NCBI RefSeq assembly: GCF_006345805.1
Contig: NC_043000.1
Span: 125,364,001-125,428,000, forward strand
DNA length: 64,000 bases
Origin: Octopus sinensis
Lineage: Eukaryota
Direction of reading: 5' to 3'
The notes below the pieces were generated by a model. The model ran no database searches and was not told the origin of the DNA. It was given only the letters and a program-made list of their open reading frames with translations. Positions 49,018-60,635 of this stretch are shown piece by piece. The position numbers were made by a program, and so were the translations under genes. Each line of letters begins with the position of its first letter. Positions within the stretch are counted from its first letter, which is position 1.

Positions 49018-52000
49018 TGGTGCTAGCAAGTTTCTAGCAAGTTGAGCAACCACATAGCCTTCTTATTAGCTGCTCTGTAAACAATTATTGGTAGTTGGGA
49101 GAGAGAGGAGATACAATTCTGTTGCTTGTCCCAACCATCAGATACTATCGTAGTATTTTACATGGTGAGTGGGATGCTCATCCAAATTAGAAAAGGGATC
49201 AGTCAATTTACCATATTTAAGGAACTTAAGATAGTTTTAAATTTCTAAAACTTCTAAATCAGCAAAGGATGCTGAACTCTGTGGATGCAAACTTTTTACC
49301 TTCTCATTAAAGGATTGGAAGATTTCCCTTATATTTTGGTGGTGGTGGCAGGTATTTTTCAGTAGTGGTGGTGGTGGTAGTTATTGGGAATTATAGAGTA
49401 GAAGCTTATGGTAACCTAATTCTACTGCTTTGTTTTAATTCCCATTTGTGGCCATTTCACTTAGCTTATGTTTCTTTCTACTCTAGAGAAAGGTATGAAT
49501 TTCACCATTTGTTATTCCTCTTCATATAAATTTCAGCCTGTCTGTCTGCAGTAGTGTAATACAAATATCTCCTGCTTTTTCATGAAAAATCTTGTGTGTG
49601 TATATGTATGAGATAACATTTTTCATGCATAATTGGATTATCTATTGAATGTTTCATTAGAAGTTCTCTTACTGATTTTAATGCAGATTTAATACATGAT
49701 ATCATAGTTTTTTTTTTTTTTCTTCTTTATATCAACTTATGGAACATTAGTTTCAGTGATAGGATATTCCTAGAAGTAACGAGTCCAGTGTTAGACAGGG
49801 ATCAGTATATACTAAATTGTATGGCTTGTGTGGTTTAGTTTAGGGCATAGCAACATGTTTATACTAGAACTTGAACACAGCAATTTTAAATTTTACACAT
49901 TCCAGTTAAAAATAAAAGAAAAAAAATTGAACAAAACTGAGCCAGCAAAGAAACTTCCTTGTGAACATAAAACTTACTAGAAATAGCAACCATAACTTTT
50001 TTAAAATCATGCTACAGCTAAAAGAAAGAGAGGAAAGATATTAAATATGCCTAAAAGAAAGAAATGCTGGGATACTCATTGGAATACCATGGATCATGAG
50101 TCTACTCAAATAGCAATGAACTGAGTGCTAAATAACAGACTCAACCCCTAGAAAAAACAAATTATTTTTATCATTCAAATAATTATAGTTATCTCAAATC
50201 CTTTTAATTCTGTTTTTTTTCCCCCCTGAAGTGGAAAAGTAAAAATCTTTAGCAGTGTTTCTAAAATGGGGCTTATGTTTCCACCATTTTTGAAAAACTA
50301 GATTTACATTATTTATATAATGTTGAGAGAAAGGATTTTGTTATAATTTAAATTTCTTTCTTGTAAGTATATCGCCAACAAAGGAATCTTTGTTGCATTT
50401 GACTAGATTTATTTAACCTACAAAAGGGAAAAGAGAAAGATCCCTGCCTTAGAAAAATTTTGCTTTATAATACAATTGAAAAAGAAAAACATTCTATTGC
50501 TTGGTTAAATTATTAGATGATTTGTAGAAATAGTTTTTTATTTATTTAATTTTTGATTGTATGAGTTGAAAATAACATTTTCTACTGCAGAATTGTAATT
50601 CTGTGCTGACAATATATATTTGAATAACTGTGCAATTACAAAGCTTATATTGTTGATATTAATCTTTGAGACTCTGTGATCTTAGATAGAGAATTATACG
50701 AATGAAATTGAAATAGCCTTTTCATCACAAAGTACATTGATAAATCAATAATTCCTTTTCATCCATGGGTCATAGAATCATACTTTTGGCTAAAGATTTT
50801 GAAATATTATCTTGAGTCTCATGAAAGATTGATTAGCTTATTGTATTGTTATGTTTAAATTTTGACTAAAACTAGTCCATTAGATAAATTGTTATTTTGA
50901 CCAATACAAGTGATTATTGATCTGTGTTATCTCAAAAGACCAAACTTAATTATACTCAATTTCAAAAATATTGAACTCTTGATCTAACTCTTAGAACCTA
51001 CCTTCTTGAAACTCTGCTTTTCTATAATTATCTGCAGCTAATTTAAATGATGTACAGAAAATTAGAATAGTTGCTTTCATTTGGCAGATGGATTAATTAA
51101 TAAATGTTTTAGGTTCATTGCTTTTTCAAAGTTTAAGTGACATTTTTATTGTATATTTTTTCCAGGTGAGTGTATAATAATAAATGAATGATTCATAAAG
51201 CACTGTCTCATTTAAAATATATAATCTACAGACTTGAAGTTCTTTGATGCTCCCATTTAATTAATAAATGGACCACTCTACTTGAAGGTTGATTCTACCA
51301 GCATATTTTTTTTTTATAGCATGGCATTCATGTCATTGCTCTAATGCTGTTGATAGAAGCACAATATCTGGCTGTCTCATTTGCTTTAGGTTTTCTCTGT
51401 ATATTAGAAGTGCTATGCTTGTGGAAGAAATGAATAAATGAAGCTTAAAAATTGGAAACTGTTCAAATTGGTAAAATGAAGTGTGAATAGTAAAATCTAA
51501 GATTACAGAAAATTGCTTTTTCGAGATCCATTTTCATAAACATTCTCTTAAAGATGGTAATTTATTTAAGATTACTCCATGGAAAGATATGGTTATTACA
51601 AGACTGAAATTGGCAAATGGCTATAATCCAGTATCTGTTCCGTGAATATGTGATTACAAAATGATGTTACTAGAATTTATCAGCAGTTCTATGACATTTT
51701 CTTGCTTGAAAATAACAAAGATTGTACTAAATAAAATTAATAGGTTTGTAGAGAATGATTATCGATGTGTCAGGATTCTAGTAAATTTTTGAATTATGTT
51801 CTACATTTTCCCATTTACTTCTTTAAGGGACAACATAAGCCATTTCTTATGTGATATTTCTTGAATGAAATATGTAAAATGTTTGAAGAAATTAATGATT
51901 TTTGAGAGCAATTATTGAGTGTATAAGAGTGTGATATTTCTGACATACTTAAAGGTGCATTCAAAATGCATTATTGCAAAAAGCGATGCACTTAAGATAT

Positions 52001-52196
52001 ATAGTTATAATAACGTACTTGTTAATGCTTCACATCATTGTTACTTAGTAATTCTATTTCTAATGCAAATAAACTACCTAATGACTAGAACCAAAACTCT
52101 ATAGCTGCTTGTGTGATAAACTTTGTGGATGGCTGAAGGATTTTCTCTTGAAATGTTTTGATCCAAGGAGATATATATATATATATATATATATAC

Positions 52197-52508
52197 GATC
52201 CCTGTGCCGGTGGCACGTAAAAAGCACCATTTGAATGTGGCCGATGCCAGCCTCGCCTTGACTGGCTTCCGTACTGGTGGCACGTAAAAAGCTCCAACCA
52301 ATCATGGCCATTGCCAGCCTCGCCTGGCACCTGTGCTGGTGGCATGTAAAAAGCACCCACTACACTCACGAAGTGGTTGGCGTTAGGAAGGGCATCCAGC
52401 TGTAGAAACACTGCCAGATCAGACGAGCCTGGTGCAGCCTTCTGGCTTCCCAGACCCTGGGCGAACCGTCTAACTCATGCTAGCATGGAAAACAGACATT
52501 AAACGATG

Positions 52509-52510
<2 letters not shown>
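52197..52510 (+). mobile_element. Young RTE 3' UTR fragment (family E) inside a (TA)n tract
   Basis: Three GGTGGCA(C/T)GTAAAAAGC modules. Ends gcatggaaaacagacattaaacgatgat. (TA)n on both sides. Confidence 0.9.
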
Positions 52511-52546
<36 letters not shown>

Positions 52547-54274
52547 AACCCTACATTTGGAAAGGCTTTCATTGCATGGAAAATTTAAATTTGGGTAAAT
52601 TAGTTTACTCAAGGTTATAAATACACTTTCCCAAGGAAGCTAATTATTGTAATTGAAAGATAGCTGAATTAGCATTGTTTAGTCCCAGACTAGCCATGTT
52701 CTAGCAGACATAATCAGACATGACATTACTGACTATTTTATCTGCCCCTCCCCTTTTCTACACAGGCAATGTACTTAAGCCTACATTATACAGTGCATCT
52801 TACTTCAAAGATGGAAAAATAATGATTTAGCTACCATTTCTTGTAGGCCAAGCAACCCATACAATTCCCTTCCGATACTTAATGCCTTGTGTTGAGGAAT
52901 CGGATATAAAATATAAAGTCAGAGTTTCTTTACTGTCAAAGGTTTTCATTGCTGAAATAAGAACAACTCACCCAAATACTGGAATTACATTCAAGATTTG
53001 TCTTATCTTTTGGAATTCTAGTTTATTGCATAAATTTCTATATGGGCCAATAAATTTAAATAAAATGTGTTGAATAAATAAATACAAAATATTTCCTTCA
53101 GTTGAATACTAATTTTAATGTAATTATTTGTGCTGCCTACTTGTATGTTTTATATATCTTATCTACCAACCTATGGTATTTTTCTTTTCAACAAGATTGA
53201 ATTGTAAACTTTTTTTTTTGTCACATATTATATATATATAAAACTTATCTCTCCATTAATTTAGTGAATAAACTTTGTGTTCAGTATTTTGTATAGATTC
53301 TTATACTGCTTTCATATTTAGTGATTCTAAAGTATTAAGAATGGAAGTGTAAGATGTGTCTGCTCATGTTATGAATTATATATATATATTTGCGAATGCC
53401 TATCTTCAGACGTATTTAATAGCTAGTTCTAAATTTATTTTGGTTAAAAATTGAATTATCAGTCATTGGAATTATCAGTAATTGAGTTAAATAGAACATG
53501 GTTTGAAGTTTTAAAAATAATAAAATTATAGACAAACAGAATTTCTAAAGTGTTTAAAATATATTTTAAATTAAGATTTTAGTAATTTTTAGAATAATTG
53601 TTGTAGAAATAGTTTCAAATAATCATTTTAGTGTCTGCTTTTTCATGCTTGCATGGATTAGATAAAGCTTAATACAGGTTTGCTCTGGCTGGATCTCCTT
53701 CTGGTGATGCTTGTTTAGAACCATCGTGGGATGTCAAGACAAGGGCACATGCATACACATAGTAAATAAGCTTTTCTGTTTCCATATATCAAATCCACTT
53801 GCAAAGCTCTAGTTGGCCTGGATCTATAGTAGAAGACACCTGCTCACGGTGCCATGGAGTGGGACTGAAACCAAACCCACATAGTTTATTCTTTACTTTC
53901 CCAATTTTCCTTATTTGGTGAGTGTTAGAACATCTTGATTTGAACCTCAAAGAAACATTTCTAGTTGCTTAGTTTCCCAGCCATGTCCACTCCATTTATT
54001 TTTTAGGTGTATCTAGGCTTGCATTATCTAAAGGTCTCCATTTCTTTACTTAGAAGGCATGGTGTAATTCAACGGATATTTGGTTGCTATTTCCGCAAGT
54101 TGCGTGACCACTCAGTAGTTCCCTTATTGCTTGGCTTGAACTAATTTATTGTAGTTTATCTATATAGTTGTGGAGAGTATATTTCTTGTTCAAAATAATT
54201 ATAGTTGGATTTTATTTCTGTAAAAGGACAAATACCATTTGCCTGAAATGTAAAATCATGGAGAATATTCTTTT

Positions 54275-54465
54275 CCACTCTAAGCAGAAGGCCCAAAATT
54301 TTTGGAGGGGTCCAGTCGTTTCGATCGACCCCCATATGCAACTGGTACTTCATTTATTGACCCTGAAAGGATGAAAGGCAAAGTTGACACCGGTAGAATT
54401 TGAACTCAGAACATAAAGACAGACGAAATACTACGCATTTTGCCTGGATTGCCAATGTTTCTGAG
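54275..54465 (-). mobile_element. SINE family B
   Basis: gaccctgaaaggatgaaaggcaaagttgacaccggtagaatttgaactcagaac. Confidence 0.85.
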
Positions 54466-55157
54466 AAGATTGAGTTGCATTTGGAGTTGAAAATCGGTTG
54501 GCACTAGAATAATATTCATCACAGGGAGACAGGGAGGGTAATGAATGCTGTACTTTCCAGGTGACATTTAAGGGTGGTGTTTTTATTTTTAGTTTATGAA
54601 GAGAGATTGATCACTTGATATCTAATTGACATATGAAATTATTGGTAGGTTGTTGAGAAGGCAATGGTTTAATTATAGAGTAAAAGCTTAGTTCATCTGA
54701 GGCAAAAGAAAAAGATCTCTCTCTCTCTCTCTCTCTCTCACAGTTTAGCAGCATTATAGTGTTGATCAGACTTAAGTCAATCCTGATTGAGCACATGTAT
54801 GATCAAAGGCATTTGCATTGACCACTCCATCAATTTTCTGTTTTTCAAGTATAACGACACTCTAGAAATAAGCTACAGTATCCTATGTGCTCCCACCCCC
54901 GTTTTTTTTTTTTTCAATGACTGTATAATGTGGTTAGTAGGAAATTTAGCTACTATTGCTAACAGGTTGTGTGACCACGTGTAGGCTCACTCATTGGTTT
55001 ATTTATTGTAGTATTTAAATTCTTAAATCTCAGAGAAATTAATGAAGTTAAATGCTGGGGTAAATAATTATGCATCCATGATTGATATCAGGGACTTTTT
55101 TAGTTAATCAAAATTTCCCAATGTTGTTCCATTATTATTATTATTATTAAGGATATT

Positions 55158-55300
55158 GAGCTGGCAGAATCGTTAGCATGCTGGACATAATGCTTAATGG
55201 CATGTCTTTCAGTTATTTTTTGAGTTCAAATCCCATCATGATTAACTTTGCCTCTCAGCATTTTGATATCAAAATTAAGTACCTGTTGAGTACTAGAACC
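55158..55300 (+). mobile_element. SINE family B (truncated)
   Basis: gagctggcagaatcgttagcatgc...gagttcaaat...aattaagtacc. Confidence 0.8.
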
Positions 55301-56049
55301 TTTGATTTTTTTTATCCTATTTTGATTGCAGATTATCACTGCGCTACTGAGTGTGGCTCTGTCTTGTGTATATGGTGTCTATTCTGGTTTTGTTTCTATT
55401 GTAGTGAAATATCTCTACAAGTGTAATAGTGCCTGTAATGAATTTTCTGTAGAGTATAATAGTTTGCTTGAAGCATTTTAGTGCAGTAGTAGAAAAATGA
55501 ACAAAATAAGAAATAAAGACAGCTTTTTGCATTGCAGTAAGTTTTACAAAACTTTATATTTTGGGTGTAAAAGCATCTCTTCCGAAGAATACTGTCAAAG
55601 AAATGTGGATCTACAAAGATCCTGCTATTTTGGATAGTCTGGTAAGCACCGAGATAGGTTTTTTAAAACTTCCTACTTTGTTAGAAGCTCACCTTATTTC
55701 CCATTTCATTCATTATGCTATTTTCTGTATATTGTGCATATTTGGAAGTCCTGGAGTTTTGGTTATGTATTGCATGCTTTTGGGTTTTCTTTTCTTAATG
55801 ATTTCATAGGCACCTATTATTAGAGAATGTTTCTGTTTTCAGGCCCACTGTATTGGGTTTTTCCTTATTCCCAGATTTTTATATTTGAATAGTTTTTCCT
55901 TTCCTATAAGATCCATTATCATCTATTGGAACTGATATTTGGTGAGGCACTTGTCTTCACAAGATATATGATGTCTGTCTGTCTGTCTGTGTATGTATTG
56001 GCATATTGCAGACTCTTACTTTTTCAATCACTGAGACCTTTTTCAATGT

Positions 56050-56500
56050 ATACTTAGTCTATTCTGTAGGTTTTTCATAATGCTGTCTTAACTTCCAGTG
56101 CATGTAAACCCCCAACTGTTTAACATTGGTACATATTTCTTTCTTGACTGAGGAACTTGAAACAATATGGTTAATTGTTTCTTCATTTCCACATATTCTA
56201 CAGCTGCTATGCTCTACTTCATTACATGCTTCTTGTGGTTTCTGCTGGAAAGGCCTTGGACTTGTGCCATGATTGTGCTTCACATCCAGTATTTCAAATT
56301 TTCCTTGTCTTCTTCCACCTTTTCAGGTGTTGGCCATATGGGGGCTTTTCTTGCTTTCACTTTACCATGGTATTCTATTGTCCTATTTTTAGCTTAGATT
56401 TAATCTTTCACAATTTTTGTTGGTTTTTACTTTTTCTTCAAAAGTCATGTCAGCTTCATTTATGTATTTGTTAGCTTACTTAAAGACAAAAAATTTTGTT
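56050..56500 (-). mobile_element. R4/Dong-like (R2 superfamily) non-LTR retrotransposon, CCHC zinc-knuckle region
   Basis: Translates SCRICGNEETINHIVSSS...GVYMHWKLRQHY, matching 'CRxCxxxxETIxHIxSxC...YIHWKLCQHY'. Confidence 0.8.
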
Positions 56501-56928
56501 CTGTTCATATTTGTATTAGTTTTCCATTATCCCTTACTAGATATTTTAAGCTTTCTTGTTGCGCATGATCCCTACCTCTCTTTATGATAAATCTTTCTAC
56601 TTCAGATTTTGGATTGTGTATTCTAAATGCAATCATTATTTTTTAACATCTAGTTGAGAATATAACTTATTAACTGGACAGTATATTCGTACCTTTTTTT
56701 GTTTTGTTTTGTTTTTGCATTTAGCTGTTTTAATTAATCTGATGCATTTATATCTCTTCTTAATATTAGTTCGATTCCTAAGTAATTGTCTGTGTTGTAA
56801 TTCTCTTAACCTAAGTTTCTTTAACTAGTATTATATTATACAGCTCAATATTTAAGAGATGAGGAATTATGTACACTATTTACATTATTTACATTCAACA
56901 GATATTTGTCCTCATCTTGTTTGTTATT

Positions 56929-56974
56929 AACACAATGTTTCGGCTGATATACCCTCCAGCCTTCATCAGGTGTC
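56929..56974 (-). ncRNA. Minimal type-I hammerhead ribozyme motif (left arm)
   Basis: GACAC CUGAUGA A GGCUG GAGGGUAUAU CAGCC GAAA CA U U GUGUU: canonical core, 5-bp stems I and II. Confidence 0.8.
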
Positions 56975-57017
56975 TTGGGGAAATTTTGAATCTGGGTTCT
57001 CATTCTTAAGGTATTTC

Positions 57018-57049
<32 letters not shown>

Positions 57050-57205
57050 TCACTGCCTGGAATAGAACTCGGAATCTTGGTTAAGAGCACAGGCTACTAA
57101 CCTCAAGATTCTATTTCAGGTAGTGACCCGAATAATAATAATAATAATAATAATAATATTGATAAATATCTTAGGAATGAGAACCCAGGTTTGAAATTTC
57201 CCCAA

Positions 57206-57251
57206 GACACCTGATGAAGGCTGGAGAGTATATTAGCTGAAATGTTGTGTC
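57206..57251 (+). ncRNA. Minimal type-I hammerhead ribozyme motif (right arm)
   Basis: GACAC CUGAUGA A GGCUG GAGAGUAUAU UAGCU GAAA UG U U GUGUC. Stem II is retained with G-U wobbles. Confidence 0.7.
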
Positions 57252-57301
57252 AACAACAAAGATAAGGACAAATATGTCAAATGTAAATAATGTATTATAT
57301 T

Positions 57302-58100
57302 GGTGGTCATAATTTTCCTCACTTCAGTGTTATCTTGGTGCATTTTCAAAATCTGAATCTCCTTTCAATTTCTTTTGTAACTTCATGTACTGTCTGCTGT
57401 AGTGTTTCTAGTTGTTTATCTATAGCTTACAAGTTGAAATTGTGCATAAACAAAGGATGATTGATTGTTGCCGTTAATGGCAGTCAGAAAAGGAATGGAA
57501 TAAGAATTCTTAAGGAATATTTCTCTAACAGAATTTTTGTTACAGTTCCCTTTTCCCTTTATGCAAATTGCTTGCTATTTATTCATGATTTTTCATGTAT
57601 CTTTTTGTTACTCATGCTTCCTTATTCATAGCCAACATTTCTAGGATTCATTGTGGGGAGTAGTGTCAAAGGCTTTCTGATAATCAATCTTTGCCATGCT
57701 CAGACTCATTCTTTTGTAACTTTGCTGATAGTAATTGAAATTTATAGCCTTATAGAACCTTTGCAGTATTCCTTCAGTTCATCTGGAAACCTCCTTTTCA
57801 GCTTTTAATGTAGACCTAGAAAATGAGGGTAAATCCTTCCACTGTGTCTCTCTTGAATCACTATAGCCTTTGGTGGTACTGCGACAATCTGACAAGGCTC
57901 ATAAAACTTTTTACCACAGCAATCAAGTGTCTCATTAATTTAGTCTCTAAAATTTAACACAAGAAACTGTGTACAATATTGTGCATTTTAGTGATTCTCT
58001 GAAAACTACTTCAACAATTATGGTTAAGTCTGTGCTTTGCTGAGGAAGTTTAACGAACCAAAATATCTCAAGTTGTCTTGTCTACTTGCTGGAATAATTA
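57302..58100 (-). mobile_element. R4/Dong-like reverse transcriptase relic (same element)
   Basis: KRMSLSMAKIDYQKAFD (57666-57715) and INHPLFMHNFNL*AIDKQLETLQQTVHEVTKEI...KCTKITLK*GK. Decayed 'LSMAWIDYKKAFD' and 'INHLxYMDDLKLY' motifs. Confidence 0.75.
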
Positions 58101-58591
58101 GAATATTGGACATTAATATTGTCTTTTATCTCATTGCATAATTATTTCTAATTAACTTTTTATTGCTCTCTGCATTAAATCTATTAATATAACTTTACTA
58201 GTAGCCAAATACACCCCCTCACCCTCAGTTGAGGGTTTCTTTTAGCCTTCTCTTCTATTGTCTTCTAAGTTGCTCGACAGCCTCATTAGTGCCAAAGACA
58301 CACCTACACAAGGAAAAAAAAATGACGCACCTAGTACACACTGTAAATTTGTTGCTGTTGGGAAGAGCATCCAGCTGCAAAAACCATGTCAAAACTGACA
58401 TTGGCACTCAATGCAGTCCTCCAGAGCTTCTTGAATCCTTTCTAACCATCCGCCTCACACCAGCATAAAAAAAAAAACTGACAGTAAATGAAGATGAGTT
58501 ATGTTGTAAAAACACATATATATATATATAAAGAATATTTTGCGTAATAAAAAAACCAAGGCTGTATAGATATTAGAGCATTTATAGATAG

Positions 58592-58643
58592 GTCTTACAG
58601 CTGTTTCTAGGATATTAATTAATAATATCCCTTCATCGGAGAC
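58592..58643 (-). ncRNA. Minimal type-I hammerhead ribozyme motif (U4C variant), left arm
   Basis: GUCU CCGAUGA A GGGAUAUU AUUAAUU AAUAUCCU A GAAA C AGCU G U A AGAC: palindromic AGCU loop 3, predicted cleavage after GUA. Confidence 0.7.
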
Positions 58644-58742
58644 GGTGTCAGAAGAAAATTAAATCATAGTTAGTTTAGATGTGATACAAAATGGAGAGAT
58701 GGAGAGTGAGGTGGAGTGAGTGACTTTTTTTCCTCTTACACC

Positions 58743-58790
58743 GTCTCCGATGAAGGGATATTATTAATATCCTAGAAATAGCTGTAAGAC
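58743..58790 (+). ncRNA. Minimal type-I hammerhead ribozyme motif (U4C variant), right arm
   Basis: GUCU CCGAUGA A GGGAUAU UAUUA AUAUCCU A GAAA U AGCU G U A AGAC. Confidence 0.65.
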
Positions 58791-58990
58791 CTATCTATAA
58801 ATGCTCTTATCTATACAGCGTTAGTTTTTTCTTATTACGCAAAAAATTCTTATATACACACGCTGGCATAGAACCATCGTTGAACCCTTTATTCACAATA
58901 TTACCGAATCTAGAACTTAACTATGGTCTGTCTATAGTACTTATTCAGCATTACCTGACACCTTTGGGTCTCAATGACACCATTACCTCT

Positions 58991-59003
58991 TATATATATA
59001 TAT

Positions 59004-59100
<97 letters not shown>

Positions 59101-59106
59101 ATATAT
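58991..59106. repeat. Long (TA)n plus (GT)n microsatellite
   Basis: Read directly. Confidence 0.97.
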
Positions 59107-59804
59107 GTACTTTTATAAACTGAAACCTATAGGATCTGCTTTAAAAATTAATATATAAAAAACAAAACTGTTCCATAATCTTGTATATTTTATCAATTTC
59201 ATATTGTTGTTTTCAGTGTTTAATATTGAGTATAAAGGTGATTATGGAGAGAAATGAGATAACGGGCTAAGCATTTCTAGTTATCTTATTGTGAATTGTT
59301 GCATATGGTGAAGCCTTGTCAAAGAAGGATGTATTAATATATTGTGGAATTTGCATGTATTTGTGGGTGGTGGTTTATTTCCTTGTAGATTTTGCTGTTG
59401 AACATAAACTTAGTTTTTATCTTCAATGTGTAATTGGTTTTACTGATATAGCTTCACATATCTATTTTCTTTTGTGAGTCACGAAGGACTGATTGCATCT
59501 CTGCATTTGCTTTTTTACATGTTCTTTGACAATAACTTCTTATTCTTCCCAAGCTGAAATCATTCCCCTCCCCCTACTTTAACCTTTTGACTGTGGCCAT
59601 GCTAGGGCACTGCCTTGAAAGGTTTAGTTGTACAAATCAACCCTAGTACTTATTAAAAAAAAAAATTTGGTTCTATCAGTCGCTTGTTGAAATGCTAACT
59701 TATATGAACATAAACTAACACACACCTGTTAAGCAGTGGTGGGGGAACAAACCTAAACACCCATATAGTCATGGGTGTATGTGTATATATAATAGCTATG
59801 TATA

Positions 59805-60180
59805 TCTGACGTGCTGTCTAGGTAGGCAGTGCCTACCCCGAATGAAATAAATCGATCGTAACATTTTCCTTTTATGATAAAATATGCAACAAATTCAATA
59901 AAATTATGAACGTTTCTCTGATTGTTATGCAAAATATTTTATTTTTTTGTAGGTTAGGTTAGGTAGGCATAATTCGCCTCTGCCTTTCAATCTCAGTAGT
60001 AAAATTTCACTTAGTACTGCTGTAGTACATGTGCTGTATACATTCCTACAATGTTTTCTATACACGCTATAAAGGCAGAAGTAAATCTACCTCCAACTCG
60101 GTCTTGTGTCTGTGTTTTGCTTATTTTCTGTCTTACTACATAAACTCCACCAACTGCCTACCTTGAGTAATTACTCACGG
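59805..60180 (-). mobile_element. Second copy of the ~380-bp MITE-like element
   Basis: Reverse-complement homology with 9505-9890, e.g. gcagaagtaaatct and ggcataattcgcc. Confidence 0.7.
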
Positions 60181-60186
60181 CATGTG

Positions 60187-60232
<46 letters not shown>

Positions 60233-60234
<2 letters not shown>

Positions 60235-60635
60235 CTCTTTACTCTTTTACTTGTTTCAGTCAGTTGACTGCGGCCATGCTGGAGCACCGCCTTTAGTCGA
60301 GCAACTCGACCCCGGGACTTATTCTTTGTAAGCCCAGTACTTATTCTATCGGTCTCTTTTGCTGAACCGCTAAGTAACGGGGACATAAACACACCAGCAT
60401 CGGTTGTCAAGCAATGCTAGGGGGACAAACACAGACACACAAACATACACGCACACATATATACATATATACGACAGGCTTCTTTCAGTTTCCATCTACC
60501 AAATTCATTCACAAGGCGTTGGTCGGCCCGAGGCTATAGTAGAAGACACTTGCCCAAAGTGCCACGCAGTGGGACTGAACCTGGAACCATGTGGTTGGTA
60601 AGCAAGCTACTTATCACACAGCCACTCCTGCGCCT
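60233..60635 (-). mobile_element. Full-length young SINE family A
   Basis: Reverse complement of 21619-22007 with many CpGs intact. Confidence 0.92.

Larger units (their letters stand above)
56838..57291. mobile_element. Fold-back (head-to-head) insertion of a tRNA-headed, (AAT)n- and hammerhead-containing retroposon
   Basis: Inverted arms about 56881-57080 and 57090-57294. 10-bp direct repeat GTATTATATT at 56828-56837 and 57292-57301. Each arm carries CTGATGA...GAAA. Confidence 0.8.
58526..58856. mobile_element. Second fold-back hammerhead-bearing element (Penelope pseudo-LTR-like inverted pair)
   Basis: Arms about 58526-58656 and 58726-58856 are near-perfect reverse complements around a ~70-bp spacer. 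The sequence is unrelated to the 56.8-57.3 kb family. Confidence 0.8.

Noticed and set aside
57079-57130. Possible tRNA gene
   Set aside because: No acceptor stem and the T-arm is damaged. It is a retroposon head, not a functional tRNA.
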